This document shows positions 1-10,453 of a DNA stretch of 64,000 nt, piece by piece. The notes below the pieces were generated by a model. The model was not told the origin of the DNA. It ran no database searches and saw nothing but the letters and a program-made list of their open reading frames with translations. A program made the translations under genes and the position numbers. Position 1 is the first letter of the stretch. Every line of letters starts with the position of its first letter. Origin of the DNA: Macrostomum lignano (taxonomy: Eukaryota); NCBI GenBank assembly GCA_002269645.1, contig NIVC01001500.1, positions 1-64,000 on the forward strand, read 5' to 3'.

Positions 1-649
1 TAAAGTATACTAAATTAATTTTGCTTATATATTATTCACTATTACTAGAGCCATTTCTATATGGCGAAATCCAAAAACGTGGGATAAAACAGTAAAACAA
101 ATCTGCGGACATTCAATGGAAAGTAGTGTATCTAAAAAAGGTTTTTGAAAGATAGATAGGTCTTTAGAAAATAGTTCTGGATAAAAACTATTGTTTTTCA
201 TGTTATATTATTGAATAAATAAGAAAAAACCACAAAAAAGCATTTTGAAAGTCTGAGTTGACCGATTTGCAATTTTTTGTTTCACTTTTTTTATTATTAA
301 ACAATTAATTTTAAGACTTGTAGGCCTTAGAGAAGGCTAATTTTTTTACTACTTACAAAACAGAAAGTAATCTGTGTTTTATTTTTTTTTCTATTCAAAA
401 AGATTAAGTATTTCTAAGGATTTCAAAGTTTTTCTAAAACCATATAAACTTGCGAAACTTCATACTTATATAAAGTGCAAAGTTTGCCAGCAAACATCTT
501 TTTCTAAAAGTAAATATATCGCTAATTCCTTGTTGCAAAATAATCTTTAAGTTGTTTTCTTTCATTTAAATATCAACTTGCATAGTATTAGTATTTGTAA
601 TATGCCTATATTTAGACTTAAAAATTTTGGGTAAAAAATGGTACCACAC

Positions 650-1180
650 AATGTGAAACCCGGCATCCAAATCAGATGCTTACTGTATGCTCATTAAGCG
701 ACGAAGAACAATGAAATTACACTAAAACATGTATCATTGCGGCGTGTATGCAGGAAAAAAGGAATTTTTCAAATCGTTTTAGTAGAAGCTGAGTAAAATG
801 CAATTTTCTAATCCTTATGGGAATTCCAATGTGTTACCCAGCTTCCAAATCAGATGCTTACTGTATGCTCATTAAGCAACGAAGAACAATGAAATTACAC
901 TAAAACATATATCATCGCGGCATGTATGCAGGAAAAAAAGAATTTTCCAAATCGTTTTAATAGAAGCTGAGTAAAATGCAATTTTACAATCCTTATGAAA
1001 ATTCCCATGTGTTACCCGGCTTCCAAATCAGATGCTTACTGTATGCTCATTAAGCGACGAAGAACAATGAAATTACACTAAAACATGTATCATTGCGGCG
1101 TGTATGCAGGAAAAAAAGAATTTTCCAAATCGTTTTAGTAGAAGCTGAGTAAAATGCAATTTTCCGATTCTTACGGGAAT
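650..1180. repeat. Tandem repeat, ~3 copies of a 178-bp unit
   Basis: CCAAATCAGATGCTTACTGTATGCTC starts at 667, 845 and 1023 (period 178). Confidence 0.9.
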
Positions 1181-1858
1181 TTGTATGGTTAAATAATAAA
1201 CTTACGTTGAATACAATTTATTGCAAACAAACTCTACAAAATACACGTTGTCAAGAGTAACGAAAGTGATAAACAAATAAACCCTTGAATATAATGTTAA
1301 ATATGTTGTAGAATTATAGAGTGTAACATTATAAGATAGTTAAAGTTAATAAAATACATTATTATAGCTTTTCTATCATTTTCATTAGACTCATTTTAGG
1401 TTGTAATTAAACTTACGTTTTAACAAATCATTTTATTAAAAATAAAGCTATACAAAAATAATTTGTGCTTTAATAGACTTTTTTACCTTTTTAAAAACTT
1501 GAATAAATTTATTTTATAGCTTTATTGCTTTCAAATTGCCAAAAAACGAATTTTCATAAAACTTGCCCCCGATTTTTGGATTTCACCATATATAGTATAC
1601 TATATTAGAAAAATGGCATTTTTCTTTTAGTTTCATGTTGGACATGTTGCCATTTGTTTCTAATTCTATGTATATCTTTGGCTTTTAATTATCATAATTA
1701 CAAATTTATCTAAGCAAAAAGTCTAAATATTAATATCATAGGGCTTCTTATATTCTTATGATACATACATGCGCAACTTCTGAAATTACGCTGGCTGTGT
1801 GACTTAGTTTTTGATAAAAAATGCAACTTACCTATGAAAGAGCCAAGCAAAAACTTTA

Positions 1859-1922
1859 GGTAAACGGCAGGAGTAACTATGACCATATTTTTAAAGCTAA
1901 ATGCCTCGCCAGCTAATTAGTG
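1859..1922 (+). other. Degenerate 28S rRNA fragment (R2 / I-PpoI target region) inside the transposon
   Basis: GGTAAACGGCAGGAGTAACTATGAC-catatttttaaagct-AAATGCCTCGCCAGCTAATTAGTG vs conserved LSU GGTAAACGGCGGGAGTAACTATGAC-TCTCTTAAGGTAGCC-AAATGCCTCGTCATCTAATTAGTG (recalled consensus). Flanks match 24/25 and 22/24; the core matches 6/15. Confidence 0.85.
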
Positions 1923-2339
1923 CTGCGTGCAGATTCCGCGTTTTTATAACAGCTAATCAGTATGTCATCTAGTGGCGGCATGAAGCAATTAGTAAATTGT
2001 CAGTACAGTGTAGTGAGCGCACTACAAAAGTCATGATTCATGAATGTCCAGAAGTAAGTGAAGTAAATACAGTGTGACCTATAGCTCAAGAACGATTTGC
2101 TAGACGATTTGGCATTGAAGATGAGAGCCCTGATTCAGATGGCTCATCAGATGCGGAATACGAATCCAGTAGAGATACAAGCTGTGAAAACCCACAGATT
2201 TTTAAACCACTGAATTCTAATTCTCGGAACTATTTTTGCATAGATTCTAAATTTGAAGTCATGCTCAAACAAAAACTTGTTAACAGTTAGGAAAAAGGCA
2301 AAGATGGGAGTAATGCATGTTAAACTAAGATTTGAGGCC

Positions 2340-3015
2340 TTTGCAAATTCTCTCCATTCCTCAATCTTCTCATCCTCTTTCTTTTCTCTCTCATCCCTTC
2401 TCTCTTTCCTCTCCTCTCTCCTCTCCTCTCTTTCCTCTCCTCTCCTATCTCTTCTGTCTCCTCTACATTCTTATCTCTCCTCTTGTCTCTCTCCATTCCA
2501 CTCTACTCTCTCATCTTATCTTCCCTCTCGTCTCTCTCCACTCTACTCTCTCATCTTATCTCTCCTCTCTTTTCTACTCTCTCATCTCTCCTCTCTTCAC
2601 TCTCCTCTCATCTCCTCTATCCTCTCTTCTCTCATCTACTCTCTCCTCTTTCTTCTTTCCTCTCTTCTGATCTCATCCATCATCTTTTCTTTCCTCTTTC
2701 CTCTCATCTCCTCTTCTCTCTCATCTCTTTTTCCTCCCTCAGCTTTTCTCTCCTCTTCTATCTTTTCTACCATCGCATCACTCGCCTCTCCTCGTTTGCT
2801 TATCTCTAATCTTCTATTCCCTCTACTTTGAAGTAAGAAAATATGCACATATTTTTGTTGAAGATAAGAGGAGAGAAGAGGGCATTGAGGAGAAAGGGTA
2901 GAGAGAAAAGGGAGAAGAGAGGAGAGTAAAAATGAGAGGAGAGAGAAGAGGGAAAAGGGGGGAGAGAGAGAAGAGGGGAGGCAAGGTAGAGAAGAAGAGA
3001 GAGATGAGAGTTGAA
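2340..3015. repeat. Low-complexity polypyrimidine tract (2340-2830) followed by polypurine tract (2865-3015)
   Basis: Nearly pure C/T then nearly pure A/G sequence. It produces spurious Ser/Leu-rich ORFs. Confidence 0.9.
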
Positions 3016-3097
3016 GAGACACCAACCTTGCTACAAGTAGTTAGTAAGTTAGGAAGTTTCAAAGAACCCGAGGGGCAAGGGCCAGATAGAGGGGCTT

Positions 3098-3123
3098 CGC
3101 GAGCCGGAGTTTGCCAACCCCTG
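3098..3123 (-). mobile_element. Isolated hAT (Charlie/MER58-like) terminus nested in the long element
   Basis: Reverse strand reads CAGGGGTTGGCAAACTCCGGCTCGCG, the typical CAGGGGTYGGCAAAC hAT end. No partner end was found. Confidence 0.45.
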
Positions 3124-3261
3124 CTCCAGAGTTAAGAAATCAATGGGAAACTGTTGACGCGGGCTTCTGATTTCAAAGATCTTGTCTGTTGTTGAAGGCT
3201 TCTATTCTGTTTTTGCTCTCCTGCCACACTTGCACCTACTACCCCCTGATTGCCTCTGATT

Positions 3262-3705
3262 GTGACTTACTTCCCTCTTATTGCGACTTAGTTGCTTCTT
3301 TTTGCGACTTACCTAATCCTTTTGCAACTTACCTAACCCTTTTGCGACTTACCTAATCCTTTTTGCAACTTAATCCTTTTTGCGACTTACCTAATCCTTT
3401 TTGCGACTTACCTAATCCTTTTGCAACTTACCTAACCCTTTTGCGACTTACCTAATCCTTTTGCGACTTAGCTGATCCTTTTGCAACTTACCTGATTATT
3501 TTTGCAACTTACCTGATCCTTTTTGGGACTTACCTAATCCTTTTTGAGACTTACCTAATCCTTTTTGCGACTTACCTAATCCTTTTTGGGACTTACCTAA
3601 TCCTTTTTGTGACTTACCTAATCCTTTTTGCGACTTACCTAATCCTTTTTGGGACTTACCTAATCCTTTTTGTGACTTACCTGATTATTTTTACAACTTA
3701 GTTTG
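3262..3705. repeat. 19-21-bp minisatellite (TTTTGCGACTTACCTAATCC)n, ~20 copies
   Basis: Directly visible. The unit resembles the element's own subterminal motif TTTTGCGACTTACC at ~3822. Confidence 0.9.
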
Positions 3706-4854
3706 CTTCTTTTGCGAATTGTTTTTCTTTTGCTTCACCATTTTCCCTGAACTGCTCTTTCTTTCACTTTCCTCTTGCCTTTCTTGTTTTTTGTGTTTTT
3801 CTGTTTTTGGTTGACTCAATTTTGCGACTTACCCCTGGTCAGCCACGATTTACGGTGGCCAGATCGGCCAGGTCGGCCAGCAGTTGCGCATGTATGTTAT
3901 GATATCTTATTGCTTAGTCACCAAAATTGTTGTAGGGGTTATTTCTATCCCTAATATAATCTTTACAAACTGCTACCAAGTTGTAACAGGGGTTAATTCT
4001 ATCCTGTTGTTACCAAATTTTGTACTAGGCCTAGGGTTATTTCTTACTACTTGATTTTATTGGTTATTTCCTATACTTGTATATTTACTGATAGCATATG
4101 TACTTTTATTGGTAGCATATATACTTTTAGCCTGAGCAGTCTAATGGCACTATATTTCTAATTCTATATATCCCCCAGTTTTCTCCTCTAAGAGGGTTTC
4201 TCTCAGTCCAGGCATTACTGGGATCAGAGGGTCATAGCTTTTTTGCTGGGTATTCTACCCTAGGCCTAAGGTAGGTTTCTTAGACTCTAAGTCTAGATCT
4301 CTCTATTACCCTGTGGTAGGATTTCTGCCTTTTAAAGGCAAATTCTCCTGTTCTGAATCTGGATGTCTTGTTCTTTGAAAATAATTTGAATTCTCCCAGT
4401 CTTGGGGTTTCTAGTGCTTCTAAATAACTAAGTCAAAAAGTATTGATCAAGCTTCAATTCGAGATACTAAAATAGACTATAAACCCAAAGCAAGTGGCAA
4501 GTTGTTTCTTCTCTTGCTAACAGCTCGTGTATTTATATTCCTTTTCAGTAAGTTTTAAAACAAATAAAATTTTGTAATATTTATAATATTTACAATATTT
4601 TTGATATTATACTCATTAAAACAAAATAGCCTAATTTCAAATGCAATACTTTCTAGGATAATAACAAAGCCTATTTCATTAAGAAGACAAAAGTATTCTT
4701 AGAATTTTTTTGTGCACAAAAGCAAAATTTTGGCATAATCTGGTTAAAGCCAAAGATTCAAATTATCCAATGTGCCAATTATATTAGTAAAGGCAATCTG
4801 AACTTGGGTTTTTATTGCACCTATGCTTTTATTGCTTATATATAGGATTGTTGT

Positions 4855-5580
4855 ATACATGCATAGGTCACTGGTCAGATTGTCATATTCTATTTCATCA
4901 TATTGGATGACAAAGTGATTGTTACAGGTTTGTACTAAACACTGGGCTTAATGCCCTGAATATGTGCCGTAGTACCTTTGGCCTTCTTTTGCCAATGTCT
5001 GCTTGGCACCATTTAAACTTTATATTTATTTTACTTATTTCCAAGTGGTTTGCCTTTAGTTAGGCTCTTGTGCTCAATACAGGCAAATGAAATAGTCTAT
5101 GATCATATTTCAGTTAAAAATAAACTTTAATCTGCTCGGGCAAAAGCCAGCCTGCAGCAGTAATCAAAAGCAAAGTAGCTTGAAAAATAATATGACAAAG
5201 TGACCAAATATTTATTTATGCTGGATACTTCGTCATCAACCAACGCAATCTGTGTGGGATTTGAGTTTGTGTAAACTATTTTTTGTTTAATAACAATAAG
5301 TTGTGGCAAGCAGAATCGATCGACAGGTTTTATCAGATGACATATTAGATGACATTAGATGACAAAATGACTGGGATCATTAGGATTCCAAGATATGTTT
5401 GATTGTTACATTAATTCACTTGAAGTTGGAACTAATATGATCAGTAGATGACGAAATGACTCTCTTCAGGTAGTGCATGTTAATTAAGATGACAAAGTGA
5501 CCATAGTTAAGGTGAGCACCCCAGACACCCAGATGACAAAATGACATATGACGAAATGACTAGGAACCCATGCATGCATA
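4855..5580. mobile_element. Probable MITE with ~30-bp imperfect TIRs and internal ATGACAAA(A/G)TGAC motifs
   Basis: Left CATGCATAGGTCACTGGTCAGATTGTCATA vs right reverse complement CATGCATGGGTTCCTAGTCATTTCGTCATA. About 8 ATGAC(A/G)AA(A/G)TGAC motifs inside. No clear TSD. Confidence 0.5.
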
Positions 5581-5941
5581 GCACTTGGTTAAAAATCTCT
5601 ATAGTCCATCTGTCTTTAATTTAACTTCACAAGTTAAATGCTTTAACTATTAGTGTATATTATTATATAAATTCATACATAACATCTGGCTAATTTGGCT
5701 AAATTTTTCTGGTTTTATTTTTCACAAGTGACTAAAATTAATGATTGTCTAAGGCAACACCATATGCAAAAGTACATTGTCATCTCATAAATCTATTTTT
5801 ATTCTTTAGCCCTGAATAAGTTTACAGTTAATTTCCATCCTTTGTAAACTTGAATAAGCAGCAAACTCCTGCCATAGCACCTGCATACCCTAAGACAATC
5901 CAATGCTTGCATGTTGTTAACCAGTCAGCCATAGTCAATTG

Positions 5942-6289
5942 ATGCCGCCAAAAAATCAGAAGCCCGACCCGAAAAAGTCGGCGCCAGCTAAGAAGAAAGA
6001 TGCCGGATCCAGCGGCGGCAAGGCTAAGAAAAAGAAGTGGTCCAAAGGAAAGGTTCGCGACAAGCTCAATAATATGTGCCTGTTTGATCAGGCCACATAT
6101 GACAAGCTCTACAAGGAGGTGCCAGCCTACAAGCTGATCACTCCGTCTGTGGTTAGCGAGCGATTGAAAATCCGGGTGAGCCTGGCCAGAGCTTCCCTGC
6201 TCGAGCTGGAGCGCAAAGGGCTTATTAAGCCCGTGTCTAAGCACCATGCCCAGTTCATCTACACCAAGACTACTAAGACCGAGGCCTGA
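5942..6289 (+). CDS. RPS25: 40S ribosomal protein S25 (eS25), intronless CDS
   Basis: MPPK...[20 protein letters not shown]...[56 protein letters not shown] is the eS25 signature. ATG at 5942, TGA at 6287-6289, AATAAA at 6375. Confidence 0.97.
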   Translation: MPPKNQKPDPKKSAPAKKKDAGSSGGKAKKKKWSKGKVRDKLNNMCLFDQATYDKLYKEVPAYKLITPSVVSERLKIRVSLARASLLELERKGLIKPVSKHHAQFIYTKTTKTEA

Positions 6290-6552
6290 GCATCTTAAAG
6301 ATAGGTTGAGTTAAACATCTGGACTGAATTATTGTTAAGGAAATTTGTCTGTATTGAATTGGAATCTATGATTAAATAAAATGTAAAAGCACTTGATTGT
6401 GGCTGTTGCTTAAGTGGAATTCTGTGACTTTTTCATGTCTGCTTCCTTTTATTTTATATAAAAATAATGTATAGAATAGACCCACTCACTAAGCTTGGAT
6501 CTCAGTATCTTTCAGATTTTTATAATTCTGGGCTTGTACTAATTGCTTCAGA

Positions 6553-7190
6553 TCCTCAGGTAGGGTGACAAGTACTGACAACTATTCTCCCAGATTCTCA
6601 GGTAGGGTGGCAGCTATTCTCCCAGATCCTCAGGTAAGGTGGCAGCTATTCTCCCAGATCCTCAGGTAGGGTGACAACTATTCTCCCAGATCCTCAGGTA
6701 GGATGACAACTATTCTCCCAGATCCTCAGGTAGGGTGGCAGCTAGTCTCCCAGATCCTCAGGTAGGGAGACAACTATTCTCCCAGATCCTCAGTTAGGGT
6801 GGCAGCTATTCTCCCAGATTCTCAGGTAGGGTGACAACTATTCTCCCAGATCCTTAGGTAGGGTGGCAGCTATTCTCCCAGATCCTCAGTTAGGGTGGCA
6901 GCTATTCTCCCAGATTCTCAGGTAGGGTGACAACTATTCTCCCAGATCCTTAGGTAGGGTGGCAGCTATTCTCCCAGATCCTCAGTTAGGGTGACAAATA
7001 TTCTCCCAGATCCTTAGGTAGGGTGACAAATATTCTCCCAGATCCTCAGGTAGAGGGACAACTATTCTCTCAGATCCTCAGGTAGAGGGACAACTATTCT
7101 CCCAGATCCTCAGGTAGAGGGACAACTATTCTCCCAGATCCTCAGGTAGAGGGACAACTATTCTCCCATATTCCCAGGTAGGGTGACATT
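6553..7190. repeat. 32-bp minisatellite (CTATTCTCCCAGATCCTCAGGTAGGGTGGCAG)n, ~19 copies
   Basis: Directly visible tandem array with GTGGCAG/GTGACAA variants. Confidence 0.92.
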
Positions 7191-7375
7191 TACATATTCG
7201 CCGAAATCCTCAGGTCCCAGTAATTACGTAGATTATTCTGTTTATCACTGACGTGCCTAATAATTGAAAGGATTTTATTAATTGTTTTTACTAATTGAAG
7301 ACTCTTGACAAATTAAACTGACTCCTCTACTTGATAAATTTATGATCAGCCAATTGAGCTCACACTCGCACAGTC

Positions 7376-7642
7376 ATGGCCTACATGCACCTCAGCATTA
7401 CAATACCAATAATCTTCTGTATTCTAGTGGGCCAATTTAGTAACCTGGCATCGGCCGTCACACTGAAACAGGGCCAAGACGATCCTAGCGTGTACATTCA
7501 TTACGATACTAGCCTGTTTCATATTGGCCTGCACTGCGGCGTCTCCTTGATGATTTGCTACGCTATACTGTGCTCAATGTGGCTAATAGTACAAGGCGTT
7601 ATCTACGTCAGTGGGACTAAACGAATCCAGCGTCATGGCTAG
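7376..7642 (+). CDS. Possible 88-aa single-pass membrane microprotein
   Basis: ATG-initiated ORF with an N-terminal signal-peptide-like stretch, a short polar segment, a second hydrophobic segment and a basic tail. No recognised family. Confidence 0.3.
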   Translation: MAYMHLSITIPIIFCILVGQFSNLASAVTLKQGQDDPSVYIHYDTSLFHIGLHCGVSLMICYAILCSMWLIVQGVIYVSGTKRIQRHG

Positions 7643-8494
7643 CTTTGAGTATCTGAAGATTTTAATAAACAGTAATATAACATATTGCTAACAACTTTAT
7701 GTTAGTAACGCGTATATTGACTGCCCGACAAAAAATTAATGTGCCATACTTTGTGCAGTGCTCAGAAGTGCTCAGAAAAGAAACACTCTCAGCTCAGTAG
7801 TAAAACTGGTCTGACTCTGGCACGAGTTCGCATTCATTTTATAGGGCTTGTGTACGAAAAATTGCACCAGGGAAATCATTCCTCAATATTATAATTTGTT
7901 GTAAATAGATACGCAGATGCTTTAGCGTTTAAATTATTAAATTGGGCAGAATTAAAATTATTAATAAAATTTTTATCCGTAGGACACTGGCTATTTTTTG
8001 TTGGGCAAGAAATCCTTGAAAAATAGGAGTGCTTAGATCATTTCTAGGATTTTTCCTTTTCTTATAATTAGTTTTTTATTTCTACAAGAAGCAAAGCGAC
8101 TATATCAATCTGCATTCAGGCTTGTTTGATTATCGCTCTGCTTCCATTTAGTGTATTATACACTCGCGTTTTATAGTCAGTACTAGTAGTAGTGCGTATT
8201 TAAAATTTTTTTATTTTCTAGTACGTGTCCTAGCTAACCTCTGTTCCTTAGTGCGTTCTAGTCTTTTTACTCTAGTGCGAACTTTTGAATCAGATTTTTA
8301 TGATTAGTGCGAATAATTTTTGTTCTGATTTCACGTGTTTTTTTACCATTTTTCCTTCCAAAGTATACAACGCGCGTTCTTTTCTACTTGTAGGTTTATA
8401 ATAAATAGTAGTATAACTTGAGTGTCTCACTCTTCGAAGGTCGCTCAGTCGGTATCACATAGACCTAATTTTCATATCACTATAAGTTGCAAGC

Positions 8495-10070
8495 ATCAAA
8501 GCATCACTTCCTTATCAGCATCACTTCCTCATCAGCATCACTTCACTACCAGAATCACTTCACCATCAGCATCACTTGCCCATCAGCATCACTTGCCCAT
8601 CAGCATCACTTCCTCATCAGTATCACAATTCCTCATCAGCATCACTTCACTACCAGAATCACTTCACCATCAGCATCACTTGCCCATCAGCATCACTTGC
8701 CCATCAGCATCACTTGCCCATCAGCATCACTTGCCCATCAGCATCACTTGCCCATCAGCATCACTTGCCCATCAGCATCACTTGCCCATCAGCATCACAA
8801 TTCCTCATCAGTATCACAATTCCTCATCAGCATCACAATTCCTCATCAGCATCACAATTCCTCATCAGCATCACTTGCCCATCAGGATCACAATTCCTCA
8901 TCAGCATCACAATTCCTCATCAGTATCACAATTCCTCATCAGCATCACAATTCCTCATCAGTATCACAATTCCTCATCAGCATCACTTGCCCATCAGCAT
9001 CACAATTCCTCATCAGTATCACAATTCCTCATCAGCATCACAATTCCTCATCAGCATCACTTGCCCATCAGCATCACTTGCCCATCAGCATCACAATTCC
9101 TCATCAGTATCACAATTCCTCATCAGTATCACAATTCCTCATCAGCATCACTTGCCCATCAGCATCACAATTCCTCATCAGTATCACAATTCCTCATCAG
9201 CATCACAATTCCTCATCAGCATCACAATTCCTCATCAGTATCACAATTCCTCATCAGCATCACAATTCCTCATCAGTATCACAATTCCTCATCAGCATCA
9301 CTTGCCCATCAGCATCACAATTCCTCATCAGTATCACAATTCCTCATCAGCATCACTTGCCCATCAGCATCACAATTCCTCATCAGTATCACAATTCCTC
9401 ATCAGCATCACAATTCCTCATCAGCATCACAATTCCTCATCAGTATCACAATTCCTCATCAGCATCACAATTCCTCATCAGTATCACAATTCCTCATCAG
9501 CATCACAATTCCTCATCAGCATCACAATTCCTCATCAGTATCACAATTCCTCATCAGCATCACAATTCCTCATCAGTATCACAATTCCTCATCAGCATCA
9601 CTTGCCCATCAGCATCACAATTCCTCATCAGTATCACAATTCCTCATCAGCATCACTTGCCCATCAGCATCACAATTCCTCATCAGTATCACAATTCCTC
9701 ATCAGCATCACAATTCCTCATCAGCATCACTTGCCCATCAGCATCACTTTCCCATCAGCATCACAATTCCTCATCAGTATCACAATTCCTCATCAGCATC
9801 ACAATTCCTCATCAGTATCACAATTCCTCATCAGCATCACTTGCCCATCAGCATCACAATTCCTCATCAGCATCACTTCCTCATCAGCATCACTTGCCCA
9901 TCAGCATCACTTCCTCATCAGCATCAATTCCTCATCAGCATCACTTCCTCATCAGCATCACTTCCTCATCAGCATCACTTCCTCATCAGTATCACAATTC
10001 CTCATCAGCATCAATTCCTCATCAGCATCAATTCCTCATCAGCATCACTTGCCCGTCAGCATCATTTCCC
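8495..10070. repeat. Compound minisatellite of 17-bp (CATCAGCATCACTTGCC) and 19-bp (CATCAG[C/T]ATCACAATTCCT) units
   Basis: Directly visible. It explains the three overlapping 500-aa plus-strand ORFs. Confidence 0.93.
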
Positions 10071-10453
10071 TTAGCTACAAAACACTGCTGCTTATCGGTC
10101 TGAATTTTCTATATTAAACATCGTCGCAGTGAGATACGAGTGCTCGTATTTTGGTCTTAAAAATTAGGTCTTGTGATGAGAATATTTACTGTATTAACTG
10201 CCTTTTGCGACAACAATATTTAGCTTTTGTTTTCTCACTTTTTATGGCTATACTTTAGTTATTAGCTTATTTAATTAAATATATAGATATAGAATTTATG
10301 GAGCTTCTCCTTGACAGAGTTTGCCGCAATAAAAAAATCCATTTATATGTGAATCTTTGCGACTAACTGCTTGAAAGTAACAAGTCAGTTGCTAATATTT
10401 AAGTGAACTTAAAGATCGCCATTCACCGCTAATCTTGAACGTAGACTCGTCAA

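Larger units (their letters stand above)
1764..3896. mobile_element. Non-autonomous hAT-like DNA transposon, long copy (TIR CATACATGCGCAACT), carrying a 28S rRNA fragment and repeat cargo
   Basis: Left end CATACATGCGCAACTTCTG vs reverse complement of right end CATACATGCGCAACTGCTG. 8-bp TSD TTATGATA at 1756-1763 and 3897-3904. Both ends are homologous to the 285-bp copy at 35295-35579. An 8-bp TSD with CA-starting TIRs fits hAT. Confidence 0.8.

Noticed and set aside
1859-1922. Functional rRNA gene
   Set aside because: Only ~65 bp of LSU similarity, the core is mutated, and it sits inside a TIR element.
2253-3062. Ser/Leu-rich and Arg/Glu-rich ORFs
   Set aside because: Artefacts of the polypyrimidine and polypurine tracts.
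3262-3705. U1 snRNA or spliced-leader RNA genes (ACTTACC motif)
   Set aside because: No U1 stem-loops or Sm site follow; it is a 20-bp tandem unit. No flatworm-type SL exon was recognised.
5828-6247. 139-aa minus-strand ORF
   Set aside because: Antisense shadow of RPS25.
8422-10117. Three 500-aa His/Ser-rich ORFs as genes
   Set aside because: All frames are open only because the repeat lacks stops; no splice or start context.
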